DNA of 64,000 nt from Octopus sinensis. Lineage: Eukaryota. The DNA lies in contig NC_043013.1 of assembly GCF_006345805.1 (NCBI RefSeq), positions 50,282,001-50,346,000 of the forward strand. Reading direction: 5' to 3'. The notes under the pieces were generated by a model. It worked only from the letters and a program-made list of their open reading frames with translations, did not search any database and was not told the DNA's origin. Shown in pieces: positions 40,239 through 53,287 of the stretch. Both the position numbers and the translations under genes were made by a program. Numbering within the stretch: the first letter of the stretch is position 1; the number at the start of each line of letters is the position of its first letter.

Positions 40239-40478
40239 ATATCTATCTATCTATCTATCTCTTCTATCTCTGACAGACAAATGGGCTCCACGTAAGTTGG
40301 TATTTTTGTACGTTCAAAAGTGTATATTGACAAATATTTTGTGCTTAAAAGTTGTGCAACAACATCCACTGTAAACCTTTGATAAATATCGACACAAAAT
40401 TTTGCCCCTTGTGGGCAAAATTTAAAAGAAAAAATTCTCATAGCCTTCGTGGTTTCATTTAGCCATTTTATTTCCAAA

Positions 40479-42647
40479 ATGGCCACTGGTCACCACGAGG
40501 CTGAGGTGCAAGTCAAGCGTGACGCAGAGGCAGAAAAACAGGATGCTCTGTTAGCATACGCTGAACCTGACAACTCCACCACCATCAACATCGACAACAG
40601 CAACAAATACAAAACAAAGGTCACAAGGCCAAGCACCGTCAACACCATCAGTGAGTCCACCACCACCAACACCGACAACAACACCACGGCAGAATCTGCT
40701 ACTAAAACTGCTATCCCTACTAAAGACATCGCCACCAATAACAATACCAACATCACCATCACCGCCACCAAAGACCGTGCCGTCAATGCTACTAATACTA
40801 CTAACACCACCGCCGTCACCAAGAACGACAATAACAACAACAACAACAACAACGACGACGACGACGACAACAACAATTCCCTTCAACCACCGCTCGCTCC
40901 ATCACCAACAAGTGGAAAAATAACGACGACAAGCAAACGAAATGCCGAAATTTGCGCTAATGCAGGACTAAATTACGCAGGCAATTTTCCACCCCTTGCT
41001 AGTTGCATAATCAGCAACCACAAACCTACAACCCACACCCCTGCCATCAACACCAACACCACCGGCAGTAACAACAATAACAAAACAACAACAAACTTCG
41101 CCGAGGCGATAAAAGAAAAGGTAACAAAAGTTTCGTTTACTACACAACAGATTAAAGATTGCAGAAACCTTATTACAAATGAAAACGGAAAAATACTCTT
41201 ACACATACCTCAGCACATACTGAATGAGGAGAAAAAAAAGACAATTGTATATAAAATCACAAATAAAAAAACTAAAAGTCCAGAAAAGGCAAGCACAGAC
41301 AAAGTCGAAAAGTGCTTACGCCCCATCTGGGGATACAAGGATTGTGTGACTTGGGCGAACAAGTTCGCACACGTACAGGTGGTTTTTCAGAATGAAGAGT
41401 TGGCGAAGAAATTCTCAACGATAACCCTTCATTCTGATGAACTAACGTTGACACCGAGTTACCTCGGCCAGAAGGTGACGAAAGTCATTATCAGTGGTGT
41501 CCCCCAAGTGACTACAACACTGTGGATAACGTCCGCCTTAACATCCGAAATGGAGGACTTAAACATCCTAGATATCGGTGTTTCGGAAAACAAGGACTGG
41601 CTGGGAAAGAGAATAGAGTTCCTCTTCCACATAAGTCAAGAGGACATAAATAAAATCCCCACCCACGTACATCTTGAGGATGGCCGCAAGTTATACGTAG
41701 TAGTCGAGGGCAGAAGGCCACGATGCTATACATGTGGCAGTGAGGCACACCTCAAAAAGGAGTGCAAATCTGCCGCAAAATTACAACAACAACAACAGCC
41801 ACAGGAAAATCACAAAAGCCAGGATTATTGCCCACACCACAATATGGACAGCTAGCCAAGAAGCTGTATGCGGAAATGCAGGAAAACAACAAAGAACAAG
41901 CCAACCCAACCAAACAACACCAACACCAGCGCCAAGAACAGAATCATCACCACCAACAACAAATAAACCAATTCCAACACCAAGAACAACAGCAAAACCA
42001 AAGGAACAGAAAAACAAAGAAAACACACACAAACTGATCCCCCATCCCTTATACCGCACTCAACACACACAAACACTCAACAACCAACAACAACGAAAAC
42101 AACAACACAACCACTTACACAGACATACATAGAAGCCCACAACATACCCCTACCCCCTTCTGATTCCTCAGAAATTTCGTCGGAAGACGAAACCAGTGAG
42201 GAATGGCAAATAGCTACAAAAAGAAGGAAAATAAAGAGCAGAAACACAACCAAACCAAATGCAAACACGAACAAAGCAGGGGGAAATACATCTCCCGAAG
42301 ACATTTCAAAACCCAACGCAAACAACAGCCACACCAACACCACAAAAACATATACAGCAAACATGCTCACAGCCATAGACACCAAAAACACAAATTTGAT
42401 GGAATACATCCAATCAAAAACAAACATAACAGAAGATGACATAAAAAAACAAACAATCACCCATACACAACACCACCAGACCACATCAAAATATTACACA
42501 TCTCCAAAAGTCTGCACCACACACTCAAAGGCATTTTCCCCAGTGCGGTTGGTAAATGCCAAAAATATCTCACAAAGAAACTGTACTGGGATCTTCTCGA
42601 GGACAAACCAACGGAGGAGAAAGCAAAAACTTTCGAGCAGTAAGTAA
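40479..42647 (+). CDS. LINE ORF1 (gag-like nucleic-acid-binding protein), frameshifted after ~41800
   Basis: ATG at 40479; RRM-like region then RPRCYTCGSEAHLKKEC (CX2CX4HX4C). A low-complexity T/N/Q tail continues in other frames to the stop at 42647. Confidence 0.75.
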
Positions 42648-42674
42648 CCCTCTGTATTCTAATTCATTAGAACT

Positions 42675-45600
42675 ATGATCAAGATTGGTTGTGTAAATGC
42701 GCGTGGCTTGGGGTCCCCTTGGAAACAAGGGTACCTCTTAAATGACATAAAGTCACATAAGTTAGAAATTATAGCCATAAGTGAGACCAGACTCCACAAT
42801 CCGCGGGCCCTAAAGACCATGTTTGGCGGACAGTTCAACATTTATTTTTCCCCTGTCTGCCGAGAATGGGCGGTAGTGGCACCGCGGTACTTTTTCACAA
42901 GAGTCTGGATCTCGAAGTAAGGACAATATTCGTAGACCCGGAGGGTAGACTGGTCGTCCTGGATGTCGACGGCAGCAATGGGTGCGCCTTTCGACTCGTG
43001 TCAGTTTACGCACCGCCCTTAACAGGTCGGGCGGATTTCTTTCAACGTCTAGAAGTATTCTTGGGAACGTCTCGTCCTTTACTCTTAGTGGGGGATTGGA
43101 ATGCTACCTTGGACACGCATGTAGACTACGTGGGTAGAGATAGGAATAGACGGGGATGCAAATGCCTCAGAGACCTGCTCAGACGCTTTCAACTGTCTGA
43201 CAGGTTCCGACTAGACCACCCGAATGCGCCAACGTGGACATGGAGCAACCGCATCGGGTCGTCGAGATCGTATCTAGATAGGATACTGTGTAGGACAGTA
43301 GATAGAGATAGCATAGGATGTCCACAATTCCACATAGTCAGCTACACGGATCACAAACTTGTGACATGTACGCTAGACTTAGGTAAGACACTTAGGCAGG
43401 GTCCCGGATACTGGAAACTAAACGCGTCTTTCCCATCGAGACAGGTTTTCAGAGACCGGATTAGCACACTAGTAAAGAGGGCTTTGACGGGAGCCATCAT
43501 CAACAACAAATGGTGGTTTGCCCTCAAGAGAGCAGTAAAAGCAGAAGCGATTAGGTACAGCAAAGCACTAGCCATAGATAGAAATAGAGTAGAGGGTGAG
43601 CTAGTTAAGAAGCTAGAAGAGGCAATTAGAAGCGGCATCGCATCCGACGTTTTGGCGGCGAGGTGGCCCTCGACCAACACTTCAACGCCAAACACGAAGG
43701 ATGTGCTGTCAGAGCTAGGATGCGTGCTCTAAGGAACGAAGGTGTTGGAGCCGCGAGAGAGGCCCGGGTGGCAGAGGCGCAACAGGGCAACAAAGCCACC
43801 ATTCGGTCCCTGGTAGATGAACAGGGGCGCGAATTGCTCGAGCCAAGTAAAATGTGTGAGGCCTTTCAGCAGCATTTTGCCCGACTGTTCGGAACGAGTG
43901 GAGGGCAAGAACGTAGGGTGGACTTCAGTGCCTACCTACATAGCCTACCACGACTCTCGACAAGAAAGGCAGGGTGCTGCGAAGGTGCCATCACGGCGGC
44001 GGAAGTGCAGGAAGCGATGGCAGAATGCTCGAGGGACAAATCACCGGTTTGGATGGTCTACCCTACGAGCTTTACAATTGTATGCCAGACTTGTTTGGAG
44101 ATCTCTTGGCGGCGGTGTACTGCAACTGGCAGCAAAACGGGAGCATCCTGGTTTTGTGAGCCGAGGAGCCGTAACACTGCTGAAGAAAGATCTAAACAAG
44201 GGAAATGTAATAGATAACTTTAGGCCCATCACTCTGCTTAATGCAGACTTGAAAATTTTGGCCAAGGTGCTAGCCAAGAGGTTGGCGCTTGTCATCGAGA
44301 AACTGGTCGACAAGGCGCAAACGTGCGCCGTGCCAGGCCGGACCATCCATGACAACCTCCATCTGATGCGCTACATCATAGACAGGGTAGTTAACGAACC
44401 TGGCATGGGTGGGGCCCTGATCAACTTGGATCAATCGAAAGCCTTTGATAGGGTAGACCATCGATACTTGGAGGCAGTCCTGAGAGCGGCTGGTTTCGGT
44501 CCCGTCTTCCGCGGCTGGATAGCTGCCTTGTACAGAGGCATCCGTTCGGTAATTCGCGTAAATGGACATCTATCGAGACCTTTCGACATTGCACGTTCGG
44601 TCGTCAGGGATGCCCCCTCTCGGCGCTTCTATACGTATTGACTCTTGAGCCACTACTGCGGAAGCTGGCGACTCTAAGGGGCATCCCGCGAGAATTGGGA
44701 TGCGGGACGAGCGTGTCTGCATACGCGGACGACGTCACCGTCATAGTGTCTAGCCACGAGCACATCGAGCTGGTCGGCGAGACACTGAAAAACTACGAAG
44801 CGGTGACAGGAGCGAAAATCAACCGGGAAAAGTCAGTGGGCTTGCGACTAGGCACCTGGAGAAGCAAGCCCATGCCGTCCACAGCGCCTCCGTCGTGGGA
44901 CGCTGGACCGACGGCCCGGTTGAGTTGCTCGGGGTCTGGTTTGGTCCGGACCTCCAAGTGGAGAAGAACTGGAACGAGATAACGAGTAGGGTGGTCACTC
45001 TCGCCCGGCAATGGGCCGAGAGGAAACTGTCCCTAAAAGGTCGAGCGGAGGTGGCGAACACGTACATCGCGTCCGTCATCTACTACCGCCTGACCTCCGT
45101 CGTACCTTGTCCCGACCCTACCATCACCAAACTACAACGCATTCTCTTTCGCTTCTTGTGGAAAGGATGCGTCCCGATGGTCAGGCGATCCATTGCTGTC
45201 AACACCGTTAAAAGGAGGGCTGGGCATGCCGTGGTTGATGATGCGCAGATACGCGCTGAGACTGCGACATCTCTGGCTCTATGTAGACGACGGTGAACAG
45301 GTGTGGTCGCCGTTTGTGAGGCACGCTTTCCCGCAGCTCGTCTCCATGACCGAACTGCAGTCGTGGATCAAAAAGAGGCCGAGGAAGGGCGAATGGCACC
45401 GCGAGTGTCGCGTTGCTCTCAAGCAACTCTGCCGTCCTGGGTCGACCTTAAGTGACTTCAACACAACCAAAGCATTCTATAGGGGTTTAGTGGAGGGGAG
45501 GTACGACGACGAGCTCGGGGCGAACTGGCACGTCGTCGACGAGGAGTACCTGACCCGCCTGTTCAGGACGACTTTCGGGCCAGGGCCCATGGACAACTTC

Positions 45601-46107
45601 CAGAGATCCCTGGCCTGGCAGTGCTACCGAGAAGCGCTACCCGTTCGGGATAAGCTCTACAGACACGGCTCGAGAAACACGGGGCCGACCTGCCCGAGAT
45701 GCGGTCAGAGCGACGAAACCGTTCTGCACGCACTCGTTCAGTGTCCAACAATTTCCGACCTGTGGGCTTATGTCGAACAACTGCTGTCACGTGTGGGACG
45801 AGTCGGTTTATCAGCTGAGTCTATCGTCAATATTGTCACGCTCCTTCCTTCAAACGGGAAGGAAGAGGCATTTCATCATCCTTGTGGCTATGGCGAAAGA
45901 ATGTATCTGGTGGACGCGTCTGAAAGGATTGGAGACAACACTTTCCTCTCTGGTCAATCTCTCATCAACTTCTTCAAGTACCACTTGAAAGGAAAGTGAG
46001 AGTAGAGAGGCAAGTTTTGTCTAGCGAATGTTTTAAAAAAAAGATGGGTGAATGTAGCAAGAATGGCACGTATGAATGACGAAGCCACCTTGAGCATAAT
46101 CCTATGA
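42675..46107 (+). pseudogene. LINE ORF2 (APE endonuclease, reverse transcriptase, Cys-rich domain) with multiple frameshifts
   Basis: KIGCVNARGL..IAISETRL, GDWNA, SYLDR, TDHK, FRPITLLN, KAFDRV, YADD, CPRCG..ETVLH..VQC, spread over several frames. Confidence 0.92.
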
Positions 46108-46700
46108 ACCCAGAAATTGAAAACAGAGATTTGCTGATTTGCAAAAAAAAAAAAAAAAAAAAAAAGAAATATAAATGTGACTTCATTGACCGAGGTTACC
46201 GTGGTCTTTTCCGTAGGCTTTTCTTTCCACGGGGTAAAACCTCACCTGTCCTCCCTTTACACTTCATATTGACATTCTGTGATAACGATCCCTATGATCA
46301 ATTTTTTTTTTCCTCTCCCCCCTTTTTTTAACCCCCCTTTTTTGTCCTCTTTCTCTCCTTTTACGATCCCTTTTGATCGAAACTTCCCCCCCTTCCTTTT
46401 ATTTTTTTTTTAAACCTTCAAAAGAAAAGCTCTACCTTGTAATTTGTTCTATCTGTGTACAGCCCTGTGTGGCTAATAAAGAAACATATCTATCTATCTA
46501 TCTATCTATCAGTCTGTCTATCTATCTGTCTGTCTATCTGTCTGTCTATCTATCTGTCTATTTGTCTGTCTGTCTATTTCTCTATCTATCTGTCTATCTA
46601 TCTGTATGTCTGTCTATCTATCTGTCTTTCTATCTGTCTATTTATCTGTCTATCTGTCTGTCTGTCTACCTGTCTGTCTGTTTAAGCTACGAGCATTAGA

Positions 46701-46994
46701 GCTGGCCATATTGGAGCAATCTCAAGATTAATCAGCCGAAATTGCGAGGATGATCCGGTTCTTGACTGAAGATTAGTGGCTTCGAATGACCCGTCCGTGT
46801 TTTTTGTATTGTCTATTTGGATGTTTTGCGTTCTTGTCCCATTTTGTATTATATATATATATATATATATATAGCGGACGTACATACACTTTGTTCTCTT
46901 ATATGTAAGTACACATTTCACTATATATATATATATATAAATGTGTATATATATATATAAATGTGATATAATATATAGATGTGTGTTATATATA

Positions 46995-47077
<83 letters not shown>

Positions 47078-47249
47078 ATGTATATGTATATATATATATA
47101 TATATATAATGTATAGATATGAAGGATACCAAAAATGGGACAAGAAATATCACGGACGGGTCATTCGAATTTTTATTTCCTCTATTGAGTTCCAGATTTT
47201 CTTTGCAATTTCGGCTGGTTATACTCGAGATTTCGCCAGTCTGGCCAGC
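46701..47249. mobile_element. Inverted-repeat element with a (TA)n-rich centre
   Basis: gctggcca..cagccgaaattgc..ttcgaatgacccgtccgtg..ttcttgtcccattt is mirrored at 47125-47249. Confidence 0.65.
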
Positions 47250-47449
47250 CCCAAGGAAAAACTAAGCTAAGTGCACTACATTCCTTGGAAAAAAGCAGCG
47301 AATGTATACGAAAAGAAGGACAGAAAAAAAGAAACGGAGAAATGTTATACAAATGCAAATAACAAGACATAACAACAGGTGTTTTTCGACTAAGGACAAA
47401 TTAAATTAAGCTGGCTTGTGTGGAAATGAAGCCTTAGGGCAGTGACATA

Positions 47450-47535
<86 letters not shown>

Positions 47536-47914
47536 CAAACACAAAAGAATGGAGAATTATACCTTTTTAATCTGAAACGTATTTCAGACACCTTTGTATT
47601 GCATAATTCTGCGCGTAGTTATTAATCCTACATATTAATCGATCTATAGTCGACCGACCAGGATTCTACAGAAATCTACAGAAATCTAGGAATTAACACC
47701 AAACAGATTCTTCTCAAAGCCTCACCACACTGCTAGCAATAAACAAGATGACGAATTTTTCGGTCTATCACCTTTGGATTTATAAATTGGACTGGCAATC
47801 GATTGGAATTTGGTAGATTCCTGCTTTGCAAGCACTTTCATTGGTTAATTTGCTTTGACTCCTTCATAACGCCTCCTTTCCTTTTTTGTATTTATATCTC
47901 TTTCTCTTTTTCTC

Positions 47915-48295
47915 TTTTTACTTGTTTCAGTCATTTGACTGAGGCCATGCTGGAGCACCGCCTTTAGTCGAGCAAATCGACCCCGGGACTTATTCTTTGT
48001 AAGCCCAGTACTTATTCTATCGGTCTCTTTTTTGCCGAACCGCTAAGTGACGGGGACGTAAACATACCAGCATCGGTTGTCAAGCAATGTTGGGGGGCCA
48101 AACACAGACACACAAACATACACACCAATACATATATATATATATATATATATACGACAGGCTTCTTTCAGTTTCCGTCTACCAAATCCACTCACAAGGC
48201 TTTGGTTGGCCCGAGACTATACTAGAAGACACTTGCTCAAGGTGCCACGCAGTGGGACTGAACTCGGAACCATGTGGTTGGGAAGCAAATATTTA
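47915..48295 (-). mobile_element. CORE-like SINE (6346 family)
   Basis: Reverse-complement homology to 6346-6728. Confidence 0.8.
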
Positions 48296-48345
48296 CACAC
48301 ATATGTGTGTGTGCGCGTGATATGTATGTATGTATGTATATATAT

Positions 48346-48399
<54 letters not shown>

Positions 48400-48794
48400 T
48401 ATAAGAGTAATTCTTCAGTTAAATGAAAATTTTAACACCCATACACATACACACTCACACACACATTCACATTCACACCTGTGAAGGTACGCTATTTAGT
48501 GATTAAAACGTCGGATTCGTGATCATAAAGTCGTATGTTCGATTCCGGGTGCTGTGCTCTATCTTAGAGCAAAGCATGTCGTTTCATATTGCTGGGGACT
48601 GAGTCCTTAACTCAGTACCCCAGAGCCTGACGATAAATCGCTAATATAATCTCTACGGCCCTTTAAAGGCATTTAAATATAAAAGAAACGGTTGTTTTAT
48701 CTGAGTTCTGGCGCACTATCAAGACATCTTTGCAAGTGGGACGTATAAGCTCCACCAGCCTCCCGAATTAAGGTAACCATGTGTGACTGTAGAG

Positions 48795-49171
48795 CAGAGG
48801 TCCTCAAACTTTTTGAGCCACTGCCTCCCTCATGGCCACATAATACCATCAGACCCCGCCCCGCCCTTATTTTTGTGCATATTTTACCAATTTATATATA
48901 TCCTATGACTCATTTGATATTTAATATAATATTATATAATTTGTATAAAATACTCTTTACTCTCTTTTTCTCTTTTACTTGTTTCAGTCATTTTGACTGC
49001 GGCCATGCTGGAGCACCGCCTTTAGTCGAGCAAATCGACCCCAGGACTCATTCTTTGTAAGCCCAGTACTTATTCTATCGGTCTCTTTTGCCGAACCGCT
49101 AAGTGACGGGGACGTAAACACACCAGCATCGGTTGTCAAGCAATGCTAGGGGGACAAACACAGACACACAA

Positions 49172-49204
<33 letters not shown>

Positions 49205-49505
49205 CATACATATATATGACAGGTTTCTTTCAGTTTCCGTCTACCAAATCCACTCACAAGGCATTGGTCAGCCCGGGGCTATAGCAGAAGACACTTGCCC
49301 AAGATGCCACACAGTGGGACTGAACCCGGAACCATGTGGTTGGTTAGCAAGCTACTTACCACACAGCCACTCCAATAATATAATAAATTCATTGCTTTCC
49401 TCCCAACCGCTTTTTTCTCTACCGCCCCCTGGACTAGCGCCCACCTGGACCGTCTCAACGCCCACCGGGGGGGGGGGGCGGTTGCGCCCACTTTGAGAAC
49501 CTATG
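48795..49505. mobile_element. hAT-type MITE with perfect 8-bp TSD (ctgtagag), interrupted by a SINE at ~48965-49375
   Basis: ctgtagag|cagaggtcctcaaact ... actttgagaacctatg|ctgtagag. The nested SINE belongs to the 6346 family (minus strand). Confidence 0.85.
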
Positions 49506-49631
49506 CTGTAGAGTGAAAGGGGACAGAAATAATCTGGGATACATAACAGCTATTACGGTTATAGAGTCTAGGGAATAGATATAGAGAGGGGACAAAGAGA
49601 TGGAGATAGATAGATAGGGAGAGAGAGGGGG

Positions 49632-49663
<32 letters not shown>

Positions 49664-49690
49664 TAAAAGAGGAATTATGGGATACTTTAC

Positions 49691-49740
49691 TTTCCAAGTT
49701 CAAACATTCTGTTGATGTGGGCTTCGAATCCTTTTTCTCC
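49691..49740 (-). CDS. Gad1: GAD small exon (50 nt)
   Basis: atttcag acceptor, gtaaag donor. Encodes GEKGFEAHINRMFELG plus AA, phase-compatible with the next exon. Confidence 0.9.
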
Positions 49741-50234
49741 CTGAAATCATAGATTAACCAGAGTTTAGAAGAACGTTTGTGTAGAATGCACTTTTACACG
49801 CGCACACATACACACACCACACACACACATGCACACACACAGACAGACAGACAGACACACACACACACACACACATGCACACACATATGTACACACGCAT
49901 GCACGCACACATGCACACACTTACACTCACGCATGCATACATATGTTATATAATACATAAACACATATATACGTACATACAAACATACATGCTTACATAA
50001 ATACAATGTACATACATTTACACACACACACACACACACACACAAAATACGGTAACACATACATAATACACACACACACATACGTACATACTTACATACG
50101 TGCATGTATACACACATACATGCATATATGCATGCATACATAAATAAACGTTTATACACATACACACACATTGTTCAAAACTCGTACGAATATCTAGTCA
50201 CACGCACAAATGTGCATGTCGTCTACCCGTGGCC

Positions 50235-50700
50235 AAGTGGTGGTTGTCATCATCGTCATCGTCATCGTCATCATCATCATTATCATCATCATCGTCGTTA
50301 TCAACATCTTCATTATCGCCGTCATCGTCATCATCGTCGTTATCATCATCATCGTCATCATTATCATCGTTATCGTCATCATCATTATTATCATCATCAT
50401 TATCATCGTTATGGTCATCATCATCGTCATCATTATCATCATCATCATTATCATCATCATCATTATCATCATCATCATCGTCATCATTATCGTCATCATC
50501 ATCGTTATCATCATCATCGTCATCATCGTCATCATCGTCATCATCATCATTATCGTCATCATCGTCGTCATCATGATCATCATCGTCATCATGATCATCA
50601 TCATCATTATCGTCATCATCGTCATCATCATCATCATCGTCATCATCATCATCATTATCGTTGTCATCATCGTCGTCATCATCATCATCGTCATCATCAC
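50235..50700. repeat. Imperfect (CAT/CGT/TAT)n array in a GAD intron
   Basis: Read directly. Confidence 0.95.
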
Positions 50701-50772
50701 TATAAACAACAGCAATAACAACAACTAACGAACTGTAAAAAAACAAAAACAAACAAACAAACGACCTCTCAC

Positions 50773-50922
50773 CTTTGCCCTCCACATGAGCCAGAACTTG
50801 AAGATGTCATTGTGCCTGCCGCATTGGATTGTCTTGTCTCCCGTGTCGTAGATCACTTCGTAATTCTTGTCCTTCTGGAACAGGTAGTCTGCATGCATCT
50901 CATTGGATTGCTGCATGATTCC
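50773..50922 (-). CDS. Gad1: GAD exon (150 nt)
   Basis: ttcttcag acceptor, gtgaga donor. Encodes [59 protein letters not shown] matches invertebrate GAD rather than ADC/CSAD (from recall). Confidence 0.96.
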
Positions 50923-51171
50923 CTGAAGAATTTGGTTAGCTTCGCGTTAGTCATGTCCATAATACAACACAACATTAATCATATCAGCAAGCTGGCAAAT
51001 AAACACATCCTATCTGTCTATCTATCTGTCTGTCTGTCTGGCGTCTGTCTGTCTGGTGTCTGCCTGTAAGTAAGTATGTCTGTCTGTCTGTCTGTCTGTC
51101 TATAAGTCTGTCTGTAAGTCTGTTTGTCTGTCTGTCTGTCAGTCTGTTTGTTAGTTTGTCTCTATCTGTCG

Positions 51172-51243
<72 letters not shown>

Positions 51244-51392
51244 GTCTGTCTGTCTGTAAGTCTGTCTGCCTGCCTGTAAGTCTGACTGTCTGTAAGTCTG
51301 CCTGTCTGTCTGTCTGTCTAAGTCTGTCTGTCAGTCTGTCTGTCTGTCTTTGTTTTGAAATTGAATCTCGAAGTACATACAAAATCATAAAT

Positions 51393-51840
51393 AATATTGC
51401 GTTGAGTCAAAAGATTCGTAATATTTTGGTCATTTATTCGCGTTATTCGTCAACAAAAGCAGTCCAGCATTCAAAGGTAGAGGCCATAATGTTGCACCGC
51501 CTGAAGCCAGCTCTTCGCCAGTTCTTTGATTCCACCTCGATACCAGTTCTGGTCCTTCGAGGTCAAGAACTCTTTTACTGAAGTTTCCATCTCTTCTTCA
51601 TTGAAGAAGCATCACGAGTGCAGGAAGCGATCCATGGATCGGAGGAAGTAAGAATCCGAAGGAACTGGGCCCGGATTGTATTCTGGGTGTGGCATCAGTT
51701 CGACTTACATAAGTTTCTGGAGTTTATTCGGGGTCTTTGAGCGGTATAAGCTTTTGCGTTGTCTTGCAGTAGAAGAGCTCGCTTTCTGTTAACCAAAGCC
51801 CGGGTATTTTTGCCGCGCAATGGCTTCAATGGAAAAGTTC
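51393..51840 (-). mobile_element. Mariner transposase 3' fragment with terminal IR
   Basis: Frameshifted LVNRKRALLLQDNA..., PHPEY....PSDSYF.RSM..FL...F.NEEE.E..V.EF..SKD..WYR.GI.ELA..W..AV.H.GLYFE. A related plus-strand 3' end lies at ~52095-52245. Confidence 0.75.
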
Positions 51841-52449
51841 TTCGCCTCGAAGAAGAAAACGAAGGAGGAGGAGAAAAAGGAGGAGGAGAAGAAGGGGGAG
51901 GAGAAGGAGGAGAAGAAAAGGAGAAGACGAAGAGAAAGTCGAAGAAGAGGAAGTCGAAGAAGAGGAAGACGAAGAAGAAGAGGACGAAGAAGAAGAAGAA
52001 GAAGAAGAAGAGGACGAAGAAGAAGAAGAAGAGGACGAAGAAGAAGAGGAGGACGAAGAAGAAGACGAGGACGAAAGCGAAAGAGGATGAGGAGACGAAG
52101 AGATAAAGAAACTGGCAGAAAGGTGGCCTCAGATGGTGCAACACGATGGCCTCTACATTGAGTGCCAGGCTGCTTTTGTTGTAACCTGACAAATAAAGGA
52201 AATAGGTTATCAAAATTTCGTAAAACTTTTGATTCTACATAATAGAAAATAGATTTTGGGTTGAAAACCCCCCCCCGTTTTTCTATCTTTTGGATAGAAA
52301 AAGGCGAAGGCTGCCCGAGGAAGTCGAACCCATGTTTATGTATGAAGCCCCTTCCCCTCCACGTATATGTGTGTAACTCACCATCTTCGTACTATTCGTA
52401 TATGTGTATATCCATATACAGCAATGCCTCGATATACGAGTTAATTTGA

Positions 52450-52850
52450 AAGCGGCGAGCTGGCAGAATTGTTAGCACGCCGGGCGAAATGCTCTCGCGG
52501 TAGTTCGTCCGTCTTTACGTTTTGAGTTCAAATTCCGCCGAGGTCGACTTTGCCTTTCATCCTTTCGGCGTCGATAAATTAAGTACCAGTTACGCACTGA
52601 TGTCGGTATAATCGACTTAATCCGTTTGTCTGTCCTTCTTTGTCCTGTCTGTGTTTAGCCTCTTGTGGGTAGTAAAGAAATATATATTTCGTTTGTCTTT
52701 ACGTTCTAAGTTCAAATTCTACCGAGGCTGACTTTACCTTTCATCCCTTCGGGTTCGATAAATTAAATACCAGTTGCGTACTGGAGTCGATCTTATCGAC
52801 TGGCCCCACTCGCTTAAAATTTCGGGCTTTGTGCCTGAGCAGAAAAGGAT
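52450..52850 (+). mobile_element. Dimeric SINE (ggcgagctggcagaa family)
   Basis: A full monomer to aaagaaata, then a second monomer restarting at tatttcg. Confidence 0.75.
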
Positions 52851-53150
52851 ATGCGAGTTAATTTGTTCCCGGAGATCGCTCGAAAAGCGAAAACTTGTAA
52901 AACGGAGCAATAATCTCCCATAGTAGCAATGTTATTAATCGTAATTCGTTCCCAGAAAAATATTTTACCGATAAAATTTATAATACTCGTAAATAAATGT
53001 CAATAAAACAACAGCAGAATGTAAAGAATATTTTATGTAAAGAAAAAATAATGTCAAGATCATTTATAATAATAAAAAAAAATTATAATTACGGAGATGT
53101 ACTTGCATAGCAAGTGACCTGATCTGAGATCGCATGCTGGAACGAAACAG

Positions 53151-53287
53151 TTGCAGCATGGAAGGTGTTTATTAGCCATCTAAAAACACACAAAACTGTT
53201 AAATTCACTTAAACATTTAAATGTTGAAGAGAATCTAACGGTTTTTGTGTGTTTTTAAATGGCTTATAAACACCTTCCATGCTGCAA
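53151..53287. repeat. 137-bp hairpin (small MITE-like)
   Basis: ttgcagcatggaaggtgtttat..aaaacacacaaaaac / gtttttgtgtgtttt..ataaacaccttccatgctgcaa. Confidence 0.8.

Larger units (their letters stand above)
40261..46486 (+). mobile_element. Full-length Tx1-like (L1 clade) LINE copy C, ~6.2 kb
   Basis: 5' UTR, ORF1 with CCHC knuckle, ORF2 with APE-RT-Zn motifs, and 3' UTR ending ctaataaagaaaca. Both flanks are (TATC/TGTC)n. Confidence 0.95.

Noticed and set aside
51759-52213. K/R/E-rich ORFs resembling protamine or NLS proteins
   Set aside because: This is a (GAA/GAG)n purine tract between mariner fragments inside a GAD intron.
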